DNA from: Hamiltosporidium tvaerminnensis FI-OER-3-3
Taxonomy: Eukaryota > Fungi > Microsporidia
Direction of reading: 5' to 3'
Length of the DNA: 64,000 nt
Assembly: GCA_022605425.2 (NCBI GenBank)
Contig: JAKIMF020000007.1
Span: 1,240,001 to 1,304,000 of the forward strand
Positions 34,613 to 49,099 of this stretch are shown here, piece after piece. Position 1 is the stretch's first letter, and the number at the start of each line of letters is the position of its first letter. The notes beneath the pieces are model-generated. The model worked only from the letters and a program-made list of their open reading frames with translations, was not told the origin of the DNA and did no database searches. A program made the position numbers and the translations under genes.

Positions 34613-36272
34613 TTTATTAGTCTTGATATTACTTTGCAAATTTATTGCTAATATTTGTATTTCTTGTTTAGGATTAGTAATTCTTCAAAAATTTTAATAA
34701 TAATATTGATAGTGTTATTACTTTGCTATTAAGTTTATTATTTGTGTTTTTAAGTATATTTATTCCTTAAAAAGAAGAGTTAAAAGGATAGAAATATACT
34801 TTGTCTTTATAAATAATAGAAATTAGAGATACCCCGGATATAATATTTGATTTACCTGTTTGGCCTATTTAATGTATATTATATTAATATTCTGGTACTT
34901 GGTGTTCATGTTTGGTCTACTTTGCTTTATGGTGTGACAAATACACTATAATAATAATTATGTTTTGAAATTGTGGTAATGTTTTCTATATTTGTGGTTT
35001 TTTACTTTTTTATGAATAGAACAGCAAATAGAAATATTTTTATAGAAGATGAAAAATTTAGAATTGTGTTGGGATTTGAATGGCATTTTTTTGTAGTTAA
35101 TTAGTAAGAGAAAAATATATTTTATTTATACTTTTATATTCTAAAAGATTTAAAAGTATAAATAAAATGAAACAATTACTTGATAAAATAGGAAAGACTA
35201 GTGTTTCGTTTATTTTGCAAATACTGCTTTAAAATTATAATGAATATATTTGTTGTATTGAGAAAACCGATCCAATATGGTTGTAATTAGAAAAGGAATA
35301 GAAAAATTTTGGAATCTGAAACTTTAAGGAAATCGTTAAAATATGTCGTTCAATTGCAATAAGCCATAAAATTTGCTTGATTCTTTTAAATGTATTAAAA
35401 GAATGTATAATACAGTCTATACACACTTTATGATACGGATTATCACAGATAAATATTTAGTATGGCTGAAGCAATATATTTATAGTTTTACAGTGTTAGA
35501 AAATTACTACGAAAAGTTCGGGTAGACAAAAAAAAGGGCAAAGTGAAACTTACCAGAATTTGAAATTTTATTTTATTTATTTGAGAAGAATAACATCATC
35601 GATATTTCCAATATAATTTTATCGTAAAAAAAAGGAGAAAGTAGTTCCGAAAAGAGAATCGTATAATTGAGCCGTTTTAAGCTTAAATGACCTTAAAATA
35701 ACTTAGAATTCTTAGAATTTTTCAAGTCTGATATTTTTAACCAGTCAAATAACAAAAAAGTGATTTTTGCATAGAATTTAAACGTTTTTTTCTGTATTTT
35801 TTTTGCTTTCCTACATATAAATATTTTGACATTTTAAAATTTTACAATCGTTTATATGAAGAAGTTAATACTTCTGCAATTGGTTTTATTGCTGGCTTAC
35901 GTATAGTTTTTGAAAAATGTAGTTTAAAAAGTCTTTTTTACAGATCAATTACTATATGTCTAATCTAATAAGTTAGAAACAAATTATCTACCATAATTAA
36001 TAATAAAAAGAGAATAATGCATTTAGAGATCTATCAAATAAAAGAAGAACAATGTAATAACCAAATTACTATTTTAAAAATTTTAATAAAAAATTCAAAA
36101 TAGGGAAAACAGTCATTTATGTGGTAAATAATATAGATAAGCAAACAGATATGATCCAATTCCAACGAAATGTGCTGGAATGTAAAATTTGTATTCAAAA
36201 ATGTTCCAATTTATATTATTTGGAAAATATAAACTTTGAATTTATAGATTTAGACCAAGGTATTGGTCTAAC

Positions 36273-37571
36273 TAACTAACTCCGCGGCACTACGGCTTTT
36301 CGAGAGGTTGGGCTTCCTAAACGATTCTCCTCCATTCATTTCTATCGTGCACCAAGTTTCCATTGCAATACATTGAGTTTTCTTAAATTCCTTTTCGCTT
36401 CATCTTGCCATCTTTTTCTCGGTCTACCTCGTCTACTTTAACCTTCAGGTGCAGATCAAAGAATTTTGCTAACAGCTATTTCCGTCGACATTCTTTCTAC
36501 GTGTCCTAGCCATCTAAGTCTTCTCTGTTTCATAATAGTGACCAAATTTGTTTCTTCATACAGCTCGTATATTTCTTAATTCGTTCTAATTGTCTACTTT
36601 TTTTTTCAAATATTTGGTCGTACATTCTTCTCAGTATCTTTCTTTCCCATGTGTCTAGGAGGGCTTCGTCTCTTTTTGTCATAACCAGTGTTTTGGGGAG
36701 CGTACAATACAACAGGTCTAATAATCGTTCTAGATATTTGTTTTTTTCGTATTTAAGTTAACATGTTTGACATCAGTAATCGCCGCAGAGCAAAGTAGGT
36801 CTTGTTGCCGGCTTTTCTTCTTTCTTTAATCTCATGAGCATTTATGTTATCCTTGTTCAGAAGAGATCCAAACTATTTAAAGCTCGATACTCTTTCAAAT
36901 ATATATGAATCAATTTTAAATGAGTTCCTCAAGTATTCTTGGCCTGAGGAACTGGCCTTATATTTTGTCTTGCTTCCATATATTTTTAGTTCTGCCTTTC
37001 CTAATTTCGCTGCTAATACTCTTAAAGTTGAGTCAATATCTTCTTGTATTTTTCATACGATGGCAGATCACATTCATATGCTATGTGTTGTGTGGTCTCA
37101 TTAAATATTATACTATCAATCTTCTTTACCAACTTTCGGATTATTCCCTTTAGTTTTAGATTGAACATAACGCAAGATAATGTATCACCTTGTCTTAGTT
37201 CCAAATTAATTCTAAAATCACTAGATATATTACCTGTTAACAATACCTTTCCTTTTGTTTGCATCAGTTTCTTTTGATTAAACGAATAATTTTCATGGGA
37301 ATTTTAAAATTTCTGAGTGTGTTATATAAAAATTCGTGATCAATACAGTTATATGCTTGCTTGTAGTCTACAAAAAGATGATGTGTTGTGATTTTGTATT
37401 CAAAGCATTTTTCAAGCATCATTCTTATAGCAAAGATTTATTCAGTCGTTGATCGGTATCTTCTGAATCCACATTGATTTTACCCGAGAGCGTTATCTGC
37501 GTATGGCTCTAATCTTTTTGAAATATTTTTACGAGAATTTGTATCCAATATCTAGAAGAGATATTCCCCTA
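36273..37571 (-). mobile_element. 5'-truncated RTE-clade LINE (RT to 3' end), degenerate, with 16-bp TSD
   Basis: Minus strand: RGISLLDIGYKIL, GFRRYRSTT, HHLFVDYKQAY, LRQGDTLSCVMFNL, WERKILRRMY, RLRWLGHVERM, RRGRPRKRW, DRNEWRRIV; (GTTA)n tail; TSD aagg(t/c)attggtctaac at 36257-36272 and 37572-37587. Confidence 0.92.
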
Positions 37572-38630
37572 AAGGCATTGGTCTAACGTTTTAAAAAACC
37601 AAGGTAATATTATAAGTGATGGAATATCGATTTATAATATCACACATGCAAAAATCATTTAAATCGAGATATATAACAATACTATATGAATATAGGCATA
37701 CAAATTAATCGTAGAAAATTAGTATTCGGATATTTAAAACCTACTTTTCGAAAAATAAAGCAAATTTTGCGGTAATGGCACGGCAGATAAATTTCATTCA
37801 AATTAAAATAAGTATTTAAAATCGACTTTCGCATTGCTATATTTTTTTTCAATTCTACATATATGCAGCTATTTGTAAATTTTTAAAACTCTAGTTTTAA
37901 AATCAAGGAAAGTTAATATTTATGAAAATATATTAATAGATTTATATTAATAAATCTTCGTTTTCTAAGCCAGCGCCAGTAATATACACAAAATGAAGTT
38001 TTTTTAATCAAGGTAAAAAACTATTTAACAAGTATATATATCGGCTTATATGTGCAGCAAATGAGTTTATTTAAAATTGAGACATTTCACATTTGTTGTT
38101 TGTTAATGCTAGCTGCCAAGATATGAACCCATAAAAAGCCTAAAAAGAAGTGATTCAAAGCCCACACCCTATATTTCAAACTGAAATTACAGAATATAAT
38201 TAGGTAATATTATCGAATGACATGTTTTATGCAAATAGAATCAAATATTTTTTGTCGTAACATGAACAATACTGATTAAACGCACCGTAAATAGTTGCTT
38301 CTTACATACAAAAGACTTTAGAAAATAATTTTAGAAGTTATTAAATTCAAAATTTGAACTTCGTGTTTTAAAAAGATTTTTATAAATATTCAAATCAAAA
38401 TCAGTACAAAAACCCACTTCCAATCTTTAGTTTATTTTTATTTTAAGTTCTAATCAGAATACCAAATTTATAATTTAAGCTTTTTAATAGTTAAAATATA
38501 TCCAACTTTTTCTTAAATCGTTCATTTTTATATATTAATTTTAGTAATACAAAACTGCTTTCATTTATCTTTAGCATCAACCTAGGGACATCTATTTTAG
38601 AATAGATATAAACTATAATCTTAAAACATA

Positions 38631-40353
38631 CTCTCTCTGTCCGGAAATATGGTATACATTTGCAAAAAAATAAAATAAATCAAAAAATGTACATGACAAG
38701 TTTATTATATTACCTTTATTTCAAACATTTTAATAAATATTAATGTAAATATTAGCTAAAATTTAAAAACATACATATTAAAATTAATAAGTTCACTCGA
38801 AATTTGATTTGGCTTTAACGTATGATTCTTTCGAACATACATATTTTTCTAGCAGTCGACCTTCGCGACGAAGTTTTCCTTTACTTAAATGAGGTATTTT
38901 ATAGCCATTTCCTCCATCTGCTAACATAATTGACTCCATACATGCTTGCAATGCTGTAAAAACGTTATCGAGAGTATTATCTTCTAATTAATGAAATGCA
39001 TCTTGAACACAATTTATTAATTCGTCAATTGTGTGTGGCGAAGCTTCATGTTGCAGCGATTGTATGGAGTTGAAAAAACCTAAATCAAGAACATTTAAAT
39101 CGGGCTATTTGTCGGTTGCGCCTTAAATTTAATATTCCAGTCATCAGCAGAACCAAGAGCGACAATATCTGCATCATTATCCGAAAAATGGGGTTTTGCA
39201 TTGTCTTGTTGTACGTAAATTGTTTTCTTTTTGTATGCTGGCGGAAATTTAGATTTAATTGCGGGAATTACATTATCAATGATCATGTTTTTGCAATGTA
39301 CTGCTGTAACAGATTCCACATTTTTTGTTATCATTGTCCCTTTAGCCCTATTTTTAGAATTTCTTTGAGCTGGTTCTTGATAAACAAATGGCCATATTCC
39401 AATTTTCCCATCAAAATAAAGCTTTCGATGTGCATCATAGCGTGGTCGAGCTACTGCAGCCATGAACATTATTTTCGTAATAAATCGCTTACTTTTGCAG
39501 TTTCTCTCCGGGTTTTCTTCGTTTAACATTAAGTAATAAGAGCGCTTAACTTTAGTTAGATAAAACCACTTTTCATCAATGTGAACGTAGTCGTACAAAT
39601 CATCAAAAAGTAAATCTCCATTATTAGCAAGATTTACTTTAGACAAGCAAAATTAAAATCTGTCAATTTTATTTTTATTTGTTAAAGTTGGTTTAACTGT
39701 AGAAGATATTCTCTTGATATACTTTCCCGACTTGAATATATCAAACAAAGTTGATTTTGGAATATCAATTGCAAAGGAAAGACAGCGGAGCGTTCCTCGA
39801 CGATTTAATAGTGTATTCTTTATTTGCGCTAAATTATTTGAATATTCTTTAGGTTTTCTTCCGCATCTTTTTTTCTTTTTTGAAGAAACATCGGCACATA
39901 TCTTGCCCTTTTCTGTATTGAGTTTATGCTGCATGCCAAATTCTGCTAACAGTTAGCCGGGAAACTTGAAAAGCAGAAGAAACTTCGTTGATAGCACCGC
40001 GTTTTAACTTATTCTCCTTCATCTGCTGTAATAATTTTTCTAAAATACCTTGACGTTGTTCTTTAGTTAACTGTTTATATTTTGAATCTCTTTTTTCTGA
40101 ATTTAACAAATTTTCTTCCACATTTTCCATATTCGTCTTGTATCAGTACCAATTTTATTTACCTTAAGAAACCCTGATGTTTGAGCGGTAACTTTTTAAC
40201 TAAGAATGATATTACTAAAGTCAAAAATTTTAGGTTATATTGTCATGAATATTTACTATGACAAAGTCATGACGGTTGCCTATTTATTTTTTATATTCAC
40301 GATAATCTACGGTTTTTTTTTGAAATGTATACCATATTTCCGGACAGAGGTAG
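38631..40353 (-). mobile_element. Full-length Tc1/mariner DNA transposon, DD39D (plant-mariner/Stowaway-related) family
   Basis: ~31-bp TIRs ct(ct/ac)ctctgtccggaaatatggtatacattt; TA duplication at 38629-38630 and 40354-40355. Confidence 0.95.
38793..40130 (-). pseudogene. DD39D transposase, inactivated by at least 3 frameshifts and a stop
   Basis: VHIDEKWFY, KIMFMAAVARPR, FDGKIGIWPF, QQDNAKPH...QPTNSP(D)LNVLDLGFF (39 residues between 2nd and 3rd catalytic Asp after repairing a -1 at ~39102), GNGYKIPHL. Confidence 0.92.
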
Positions 40354-41677
40354 TATATTTTATTGAAAGATTATATAAAAAAAATATAAAATTAATTTTT
40401 TCGGCTCTCAAATTTCTGTAACTTAACCATAATATAAGTTTTTATTAAAAAGTATAAAATCTGATTTATCAATGTATCACACAAAAAATTTTAAATTTTA
40501 CTAAGTTTTAACGCATTAAATAATACAAATAGAAATATAAATACTATAATCATAAAATAATTAAATAAAGACAAAAATTTTTTGTAAAAGAAAAATTATA
40601 TATTGCAAATTGTAAAACAAATTAGATATAATAGCAAAGGTTTCAAAAAATGATCCACTTTTAGAATCTTTGATTTAAGAATTATATCTAGAATTCTTCT
40701 GACTCGCAAATTCGAGTACCCGATTTAGAAAACCAATATATATATCCATATAAAGAAGCTTAATCATATCCAAGTCAACACAAAATAAGCCAAATCATTA
40801 ATTTTTATTGATATTCTTAATTTCTATAATTCTCATCGTAAAAAGCCAGAGAATTAAATATATTACAGTTTTCAAATGATGATATTTATAATTCGTATCG
40901 AAAAGATTGACTCGATCAATTTAAAACTTGCATAATACAATGATAAACTAAAAATATAGTTAGTTTAATATACAAAGATTTTAGTGAAACTCATTTCCTT
41001 TCAACAAACTGAGAAAATAAAATTTTCTTTGATTTAATCAAACTAAAATTGTTTCTAAAATTTAACTCATTTACTGACAAATAACTTGATGAGGCAATCT
41101 AAATTCCCTTTAAATAAAATGGAATGCAGATTAAAGAAAGTAAAATACTGGTTTATGATAGTAAATATAAGAAAAAAAATAATTATACAACAAAGTCGAA
41201 AGTTAAAATTTATAAATTTTAGAATTTAAAGAAAGTTTAGCAGAATATTTTTGTTATAATCTTCGGTGATATATTTAAAAACTATATTTCGTTAATTTGA
41301 ACAAATTTATATTCATTTTCTTTTTATAGAAAAAGTGCAATTTATCATTTTATTAAAAAAAGTAAATTCATTTTTTAAAAAAAATTATTAAAATATTTCT
41401 TAAGAACTTCAAAAATGCACTCTAATAGAAAAATATGAAGCAAATATTTATTAGGACTTATTTTCAAGGTAAATATAATTTTACAAATATTTTTATACTC
41501 CAATATTTCAAGATATAACTTGATTTTCAATTTATAAATATTTCTTCTTTTTTAATTTATACTGATATGATAATAAAAAGAAAATTAGAATAGTTTGATC
41601 ACCGTTTTTTTACTTTGATATTTATGACAGGAACAATATAATTTTTTACTATATAAGAAATTATTTGATAAGCCCTT

Positions 41678-42424
41678 ATGAGCAGAGAATCTGAAAATGT
41701 TGAGAATATCAAAAATGTCGAAAACGCCTCAAAGAAAAATACAGTGATATACATCCCTATAACTCAGGATAGAGTAAATGAATTTAAGAATCAGATCTTT
41801 CCATTAAATAGCGACATTTTGTTTGTATTTGATATTGAAGATACGTTATATCGCATCGATAAGGAAATAACAGACCTCAAGTTAAAGATCATCAGAGAAA
41901 TGGCTCAACATTTTAAGATATCAGAAAATGAGATGATTAAACGCACTGCGAAATACACCAAAGAGTACGGATCGCCAATGAGGGGATTCTATGATCATTT
42001 TAAAATCGAACCAGATGTTCTTGAGAAAACAAAAGATGTATTTGTTGATCTAAGTCATAAAATTGATTTTGACATCGATTTGATACAATTCTTAAAAAAT
42101 TTACCGGGCAGAAAAATATGTCTAACAAATTCTAACTTAAAACATTCTTCTCACATTTTTAAACTTAAAAGGTTTGACGAAGTATTTGAAGCTTTAATTC
42201 ATTGTGATTACGGTGATCTAAAGTATCTTTGCAAACCGAAGGAAGAAGTCTTTAAGTTTGTTGAAGATATTTTTCAAGTAAAAAATACTTCTAAAATTAT
42301 GTTTTATGACGATCTCGATGAAAACATCAAAGCAGCCAAAGACCGCGGATGGAATGCATTTAAAGTGGATTTAACTACAAATACGATACAAGAGATTGTT
42401 AAAAACAGTATTAAAACCATTTAA
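41678..42424 (+). CDS. Second SDT1/PHM8-like HAD nucleotidase paralog (motif I DIEDT)
   Basis: FVFDIEDTLY, Y.KEYGSPMRG, LTNS, CDYGD...CKP, FYDDLDENIKAAKDRGW; CCCTT-ATG; colinear with 31951-32622. Confidence 0.9.
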   Translation: MSRESENVENIKNVENASKKNTVIYIPITQDRVNEFKNQIFPLNSDILFVFDIEDTLYRIDKEITDLKLKIIREMAQHFKISENEMIKRTAKYTKEYGSPMRGFYDHFKIEPDVLEKTKDVFVDLSHKIDFDIDLIQFLKNLPGRKICLTNSNLKHSSHIFKLKRFDEVFEALIHCDYGDLKYLCKPKEEVFKFVEDIFQVKNTSKIMFYDDLDENIKAAKDRGWNAFKVDLTTNTIQEIVKNSIKTI

Positions 42425-42999
42425 TTTATTAAAAAAATATAATATAAATTTTAAGATATATTTGATTTAATTTATCAAAAAATTTTTTTCAACCATTTTG
42501 AATTTTTTTTAATATAAAACAAACATAGGAATTTTGATATATTTTAAAATTTTCCAATAAACTTAAACTGTATTTTCTAGTAAATTCTATAATAAATATT
42601 TGTAAGTTTTAGGAAATTATTTCTAGAAAATCATTATAAATAAAATAGTTCTATAAGTTAAAAGTATTAAAGTAGAAGATTTATTATTCAAACATAGAAT
42701 TTTTTTGTAAATTTTTATATCTTGATATTATGCGCTTAAAAAATATTTACAAAACAAAATAATTAGAAATCAGAAAATATTTCGAACAAAAGAACATATC
42801 ATCATGGGTTGAATAAATTAAAAAATAAAAATTTAAAAAAATTTTTTATAACCAAAATATATAATTTGAAGTGTAAATTATTGTCATATTTTTTAAATCA
42901 AAAAGAAATAATAAAATTTCTTTAATTTTTATTTTTGTCTCGGGTTTAGCTCGCATTATTATGAGTAATAAGCCTTTTTATTCGTTGCGTATTTATATT

Positions 43000-44350
43000 C
43001 AGCTTCGTTTTTTTGTGTTTTGTGCCTATTCTTTGAATTCGCTTTTTTCATCTGCGTTCTGTGATTAATTAGTATAGGTTTTGATGTGTAGACCTACTTT
43101 ACATTGAAATCTATAAGATGTGGTAATAGGTAGTCTATAAGCACCTTAAATACCATTCGTTTTGCACTTTTATTGCACCCATATGTCTCCTAATTCATGA
43201 TATATTCGTAGATTATAATAGAAGTTTTGACTATTTTGTTTGTTACTATCGAAAGAATGTCACTGTTAAGTAGAATTCCTGTTTTAAAAGATACACCCGA
43301 TAGTATTCAGTTGTAATACCACCTTTAAATATCCAATATGAGATTATTTACTCACGAACCAATAAAGAAAACCGAATATATCCTCCAATAATTCTGAAAT
43401 TCTTAGGTTTTCGGTTTCTTAAATGTGAAATAAATCTTGAAAAACAATTTCGCACTCAACAAATATGATAAAATATTTTTCATGAACCAAGATAAATATA
43501 TTTGATCTATCATCCTGCATTTTTACATCCGTTTTAGTCTTGCTTCTGAATACCCAGTTAAGACTTCCTTGAATTGGTAAACTCCTAAATCGTTTAAAAA
43601 ACTTTTTCTTAATTTATATAAGAGAATTAGATATAATACAGAAGTACTTTATACGGTGTCTAACTATTCATATAAGCGTGCTTCTTAACATTATCTTGTC
43701 GAACGCTTCAGTTTTTTTTAGAGTTTCGGAATATTGGTAATTATTTCTTTATCTCTAAATACATTCCATACCGAATTTAACAAAAATCTATTCACTTAGC
43801 TTCATGTTCTTTTTAATTCATTTAATGAAATCTCGTCATCTAAAAACTTTATATTTCTAGGATTATTTCTTTCATTGCATTTAATTTCTTGTTTTATATT
43901 TTGTTCTATAACTTTGCGTGTTAAGTCTTTCGAACACTCTTCTAATAAATCCTCAAAATATATATTTTACTCGAAGGAATTCTTCTTTAGTGTGGAGTGC
44001 TTTTTATTGGTATTTTGCTTGTAACATTGCTGCAGTTTCGTTATCTATGTTACTTATTTCAAGATATTATAGAGTTTCAAAAGCATATATTCGCTTATCG
44101 GCCTAACACAACAAAGACTTTAACTAAGGTTTGATCCGGATTTTAATTGAAGCTATATGATGCTAAGCTGTCTGCCGCTTATACTTCCAGAAATTACACG
44201 TTTTGAATAATATATCACAGAAAATCAGCGGTTCAAGTTATAATACATCTATATGATAGCATTTTACGCAATAGAATTTTTATAATTTGAATAAACTATT
44301 TGTCACAGTTATTCTTTTACCGCAGATTTCTTAATTTTCTATATAAATTT
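43000..44350 (-). mobile_element. Very degenerate RLE-type retrotransposon remnant (N-terminal/RT-proximal part)
   Basis: Weak, stop-riddled resemblance to the family (LLNSVWN, IYSVFFI, RWYYN, HMGAIK); no intact catalytic motif. Confidence 0.3.
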
Positions 44351-47300
44351 GCTTTTTAATTCTTTAAATGAGCTTCGTATTGGATTCGATAAGATATTCC
44401 TTATTACCAATCTATTAAACTTATTTCTTTGTAGAAGCAATGTTTTATCTTGGCAAACCGAGTCGTTTGAACTGATTTCTCTTTGTTCATATTCTTGCAA
44501 ATCTCTAATGAAATTTCATTGCTGTCTCTAACATCAATCAAAACTGTTCTATATTTTATAAAGAGCTTAGGATGTGCAATGATAGAAACCCTAGATGTAG
44601 ATTTAGAAACCGAATCAGTATTTGTTGCAACTTTGTGATCTCTAATTAAGTTTCCAACCAAAAAATCCTTACAATACACTAAAATCAAATAAGAAAGGCG
44701 ATTTTACCCCATATTCTTCTTTATGTCTACTCTTTTATGATCCTTAAAAATCTTTCTGATATAACAATTTACAATCTTTGATACATACCTCATACCATGT
44801 CAGGATTAATCATATTAGTTAGCGATTTCCATACTTTGATCCAAATATGTATTTTCGATGAAATAAAAGGCTTTTAAACAAAAAAATTTGCCTTGCACCG
44901 GTTCTTTACTGTTTCTTATATAATCTTCGACAGAGTTTGAAATTTCTACCTGCACACCTCTCCTTATTTCACATTTATGTCAGCAAGACATCCCTTCTTT
45001 TACACTTTAAGTTGAAAGATATTTGTTACATAAATTGTCGTTTATCTGTAGAAACTTTGTATATAAGTGCTTTCTACATACTAAGAGATTTTCGGAAGAT
45101 GTCTTTTGTATCAAATACTTAAAGCCAGTAAAATAAATCAGACCGAGGTGTTTTTTTTTGAAAAATACAACTTGCACAATATCATCAAATCTTTGTAAAG
45201 AGCTGAAAGTATTATTATGAAAGAATTTTGAATAAAATTTATTTTAGCGGGTATCATGTTAGATAGTAAATGATAATACTAATTAATCTATCCAGCCAAT
45301 AAAACATAATTTGATCAGTTTTTGAAAAAAATATAAGCATATGATAATCGTATATGGCCTTTCATCGTTACATTTTAAACCAAAAATACTTTTCATCTGA
45401 TAATTTTGATCCTAAGATTGCAAACTTATAGATAACAACTCATTAAAAGCACAATTTTGCAGCTTTGAAATCCGATTCCCTTTTAGGAATTTCTTCGATG
45501 AACAAACTCGAATTCCTTTTCTGGCAGCCTTATAGGACTCATCCTTCTTCACCAAAGCATTAGAACGATAATTTTTATGGCTTAAGCTAAAATTAATTGT
45601 CGGATAATTTTTTTAAGGTTGTTTGCTTCTAAAAAAATTTATCTGCCTAAAAGATTCTCAAGCAACTTTCTAGTATTACTGAATTGAAAATATACCTCTG
45701 ATACTTTCATTTCTAACGAATGCTTTTTTTTGCGAGTTTTTTCGTCATTGTCCTGTACAACATGAATAATGCACTTACCATTATTTATTGGTAACAGCCC
45801 ATGCTATGTAGAGTATCACAAACCCCACTGGATAAAAGCCGTTAGAAATTTACTGGCTATGCCTTTACCCGTAAGCTATTGAGCTCAAACCACCCCTTCA
45901 TCAATAAACTTAACAGAAAGTTTCCTGATATTATATGATTTATCTTCTTTCAAGTTACTCTTTTTTGCAGTTTTTGTTTAAAAATTGAGGCCAGGGATAA
46001 AGAGAAGATCTTATTTCGCTCTTTTCTTCTTTCTTCCGCTTTGATCTTCGCATACTATTAAATATTTTTACCACCAACATTTTAGAAACAAAAACCAATT
46101 TCTTCTAGAGATCTTAATCCGAGACCAAGGTTTTCTATGTATTTTTTCAAATCTATTGCATACTCCTAGATGCATAGGATACCTCCATTCTTGATTTACA
46201 TCCTCGACAGAACTAGTATTGCACGTAAAACAATTACTTGGCTTCCTTCTGTAATGACTGCAGCACTGCAAATTGCCATATAATTGGCTATTCAACAGAA
46301 ACAGAATTCGGGCTAGAGAATGTAGATGGTTTGGAAAGGACAAATATATTATTCTAAGAACATCGAATTAGGGGATAATGCGTAAATTAAGCATGGATTA
46401 TGTGGTCTTTAGAATAATTTAAGGAATCCGAAGGCCGACTTTATCTTTCTTAAACCATTTTCTGGGAGAAAACCGCAATTATTTCTATGACTTAAATTTT
46501 TTCTATAAGAATATTTCATTTTACTCCTTCAATAATCATTAACTGCTCTTAATACATAAAAAATAGCAACGATATCTCATTTATACAATTTTATACACCA
46601 CAGAAATACATCGGATACAATAGATTAATCTATTCTATAACCAATACAAACTCGTAAGTTATGTTGACAACAGATTCAAAACATATAACATAGTAAATTG
46701 AAACAGCATGAGTTGAATAAATATTTATGATTTTAAAAATTCTAAAAAGTCGCAAAAAATATTCACCGAAGTACGAATTAAGCATTTAAATCCATTTTTA
46801 AAAAATAAACTAAAAAATTTCAGAATTTATTCTTTATTATTAATTTATTGTAATTATATCGTTTTTAATTTGCTGACTAATTTCAGAATATCGTTAAGCT
46901 AATTAACTAATTTATTTATAAATGATAAAAAATTTGTTTCAGATTGAAAATGAATACATCACGATTAAGAGCCTTTTTTTAACTAATCTTTGAACAAACT
47001 ATAATTTTTTAAAATCCAGTTTGATTATAGTAATGATAAGCATATCAGGTATTATATTTTTCGTTAAAACAACTCCCGACGCGTTTTAAAAGAGAAAAGT
47101 TAGGAGAAAGAAAATGCAACTGTTAACAAGTTACAGTCATAATAAGCCCTTCAAACCAATGCTTAAATGATAATCTTAAAAACAAAGCATTTCCATAACG
47201 AGAAGTAGGCGTGTCCAAGCGTGAGGTTTTTGGTTTTTAAATCCCTACCGAGATATCTTTAAATGGTATCTATAAACAATAATCTATTTCTATAAATTAC

Positions 47301-49099
47301 GAGTTAATTAGCTTATCTAGGATTTGAGAAAATATATTCTATTTGCATACAAAATTTTAAAAAATAGTAAAAGCAGATGATTTTTCGTTTTGTAAATGTA
47401 TATAAATTTGTATCGAAAAACTTATTTATTATTCCTTGTAGTAATAAAAAATTGTTCAGAGAAAGATAAATCATAGATTTAGCTTGCATTATTCTATATA
47501 ATTTGACATCAGGATCTTACATTCATATTTAAATACAACATATATCCTTTTGTCAGCAATATTGTCTTATTTTTAAACCAATGAGCCTACGAAGCAAATT
47601 TAAATTAAAATTTCAAGAAATAAAAAAATTTTTATGGGATCAACCAAACATTATCAGAAAATTAAAATTTGGTTTTGCGACCAAAGAATTGCATCACTAA
47701 ACCATAGAAAGAACTCAAAACCTTAAAAAAGTATTTTAAAATGAGAAAGGTAAATCGAGAACAAACTAAATCAATTTTAAAAATTCTTTTAGTAATTTAG
47801 GCATTAAATATTTCTGAATAATAGATTATTTACAAAAACTTTACAATTAAAATATGCGTTGACAATAAAGTTTTGTTTAAAATGATGTGAGCATCTAAAA
47901 TAATTAATGAGATAAATTGATCTATTAAATTTAATTCATATATTTTTACCATTTGAATTTTTTAAGATAATACTATTTACAACTCATTTATTATTTATGT
48001 TTGAGACATCATTGACAAGCCTATTTAGAGATAAGGTTTTTTGCACATCTCATGACAAATATATAAAAGATTTACACCGAATCAAAATTTTTTTAAAAAC
48101 ATTTTAAAATTTATAAAACATTGAAATATAAAAAAAGGATAAATAAAGCGATTAACTAGAATTAAAAACATAGATGAAGAATTTATTTCAGCCTAGAAAA
48201 TATATTGTTTGACTTACGATTCAAACGCATATATACGAACTAAACAAGAACAAAAGACAATAATTAATTAGCAAAGAATCTAAACTACCTTGTAAACTTT
48301 ATAAGAAAAAACGAATAATATTTTTTTAGAATATTTAATTACAAGCCAAATCTTTAGTGATGCTTAATATTATTCATTATTTATTTCATGAGATACTTGA
48401 CATGAATGGGATTTTATAAAAGTTATATCTGACCAAAAAAATTGTGGACTTAAATTCTCTTGATTTTTTTTTCATTTAATGTGTTAATACATCTGAATGA
48501 AGTAAATAATTTGCAAGGAAGAAGAGATTAAGGTTTGTTTAGGAAAAAAATAATCTTTTTTATTGCAAAATATCAAATATTTAATTATTAAAAGTACAAA
48601 AATCAATCTTCTGAATATTTTTATATTTTTTTGATCAAAAAAGTGCCATTCTATATATTCTAGCATTTAATTTCCGAACCTTTTCGATCATTTATGTACA
48701 AACAAATCCTTTTTTAAGTATATATTGTCTAATACTTGATGCATAACATTTTCCGGCTCAATCGGTCAATTATCAGTTGAAAAATAAATTATTTTATACA
48801 ACTATCATATAAAGAATTAAAGTAAATAAATGTGTTTGAAATATTGTATTTATTCGTTCTAAATTCTATATTAATCTATGTGTTGTTGGTTTATCAAAAT
48901 ATCTGTGAGTAAAAATTTTAAAAAATTATTTAAGATTTAAACTGAAGCTGTATTTTTATAAAGGAATAAAAACAAAAACATAGGTAAAGATAGAAAGCAC
49001 ATCTAATAATCTTCAGTTTTAATGTATTAATTTCTTACAGAAAAATTCACAAAAAATCAAGAAAATTATTAAAACGCAAAATAGCAAGAGACCAAAGTT

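Noticed and set aside
45790-46400. Possible integrase/transposase or pseudogene remnant (GC-richer; CCCC...ATG at ~46363)
   Set aside because: Only vague resemblance and an immediate stop after the ATG; cannot assign.
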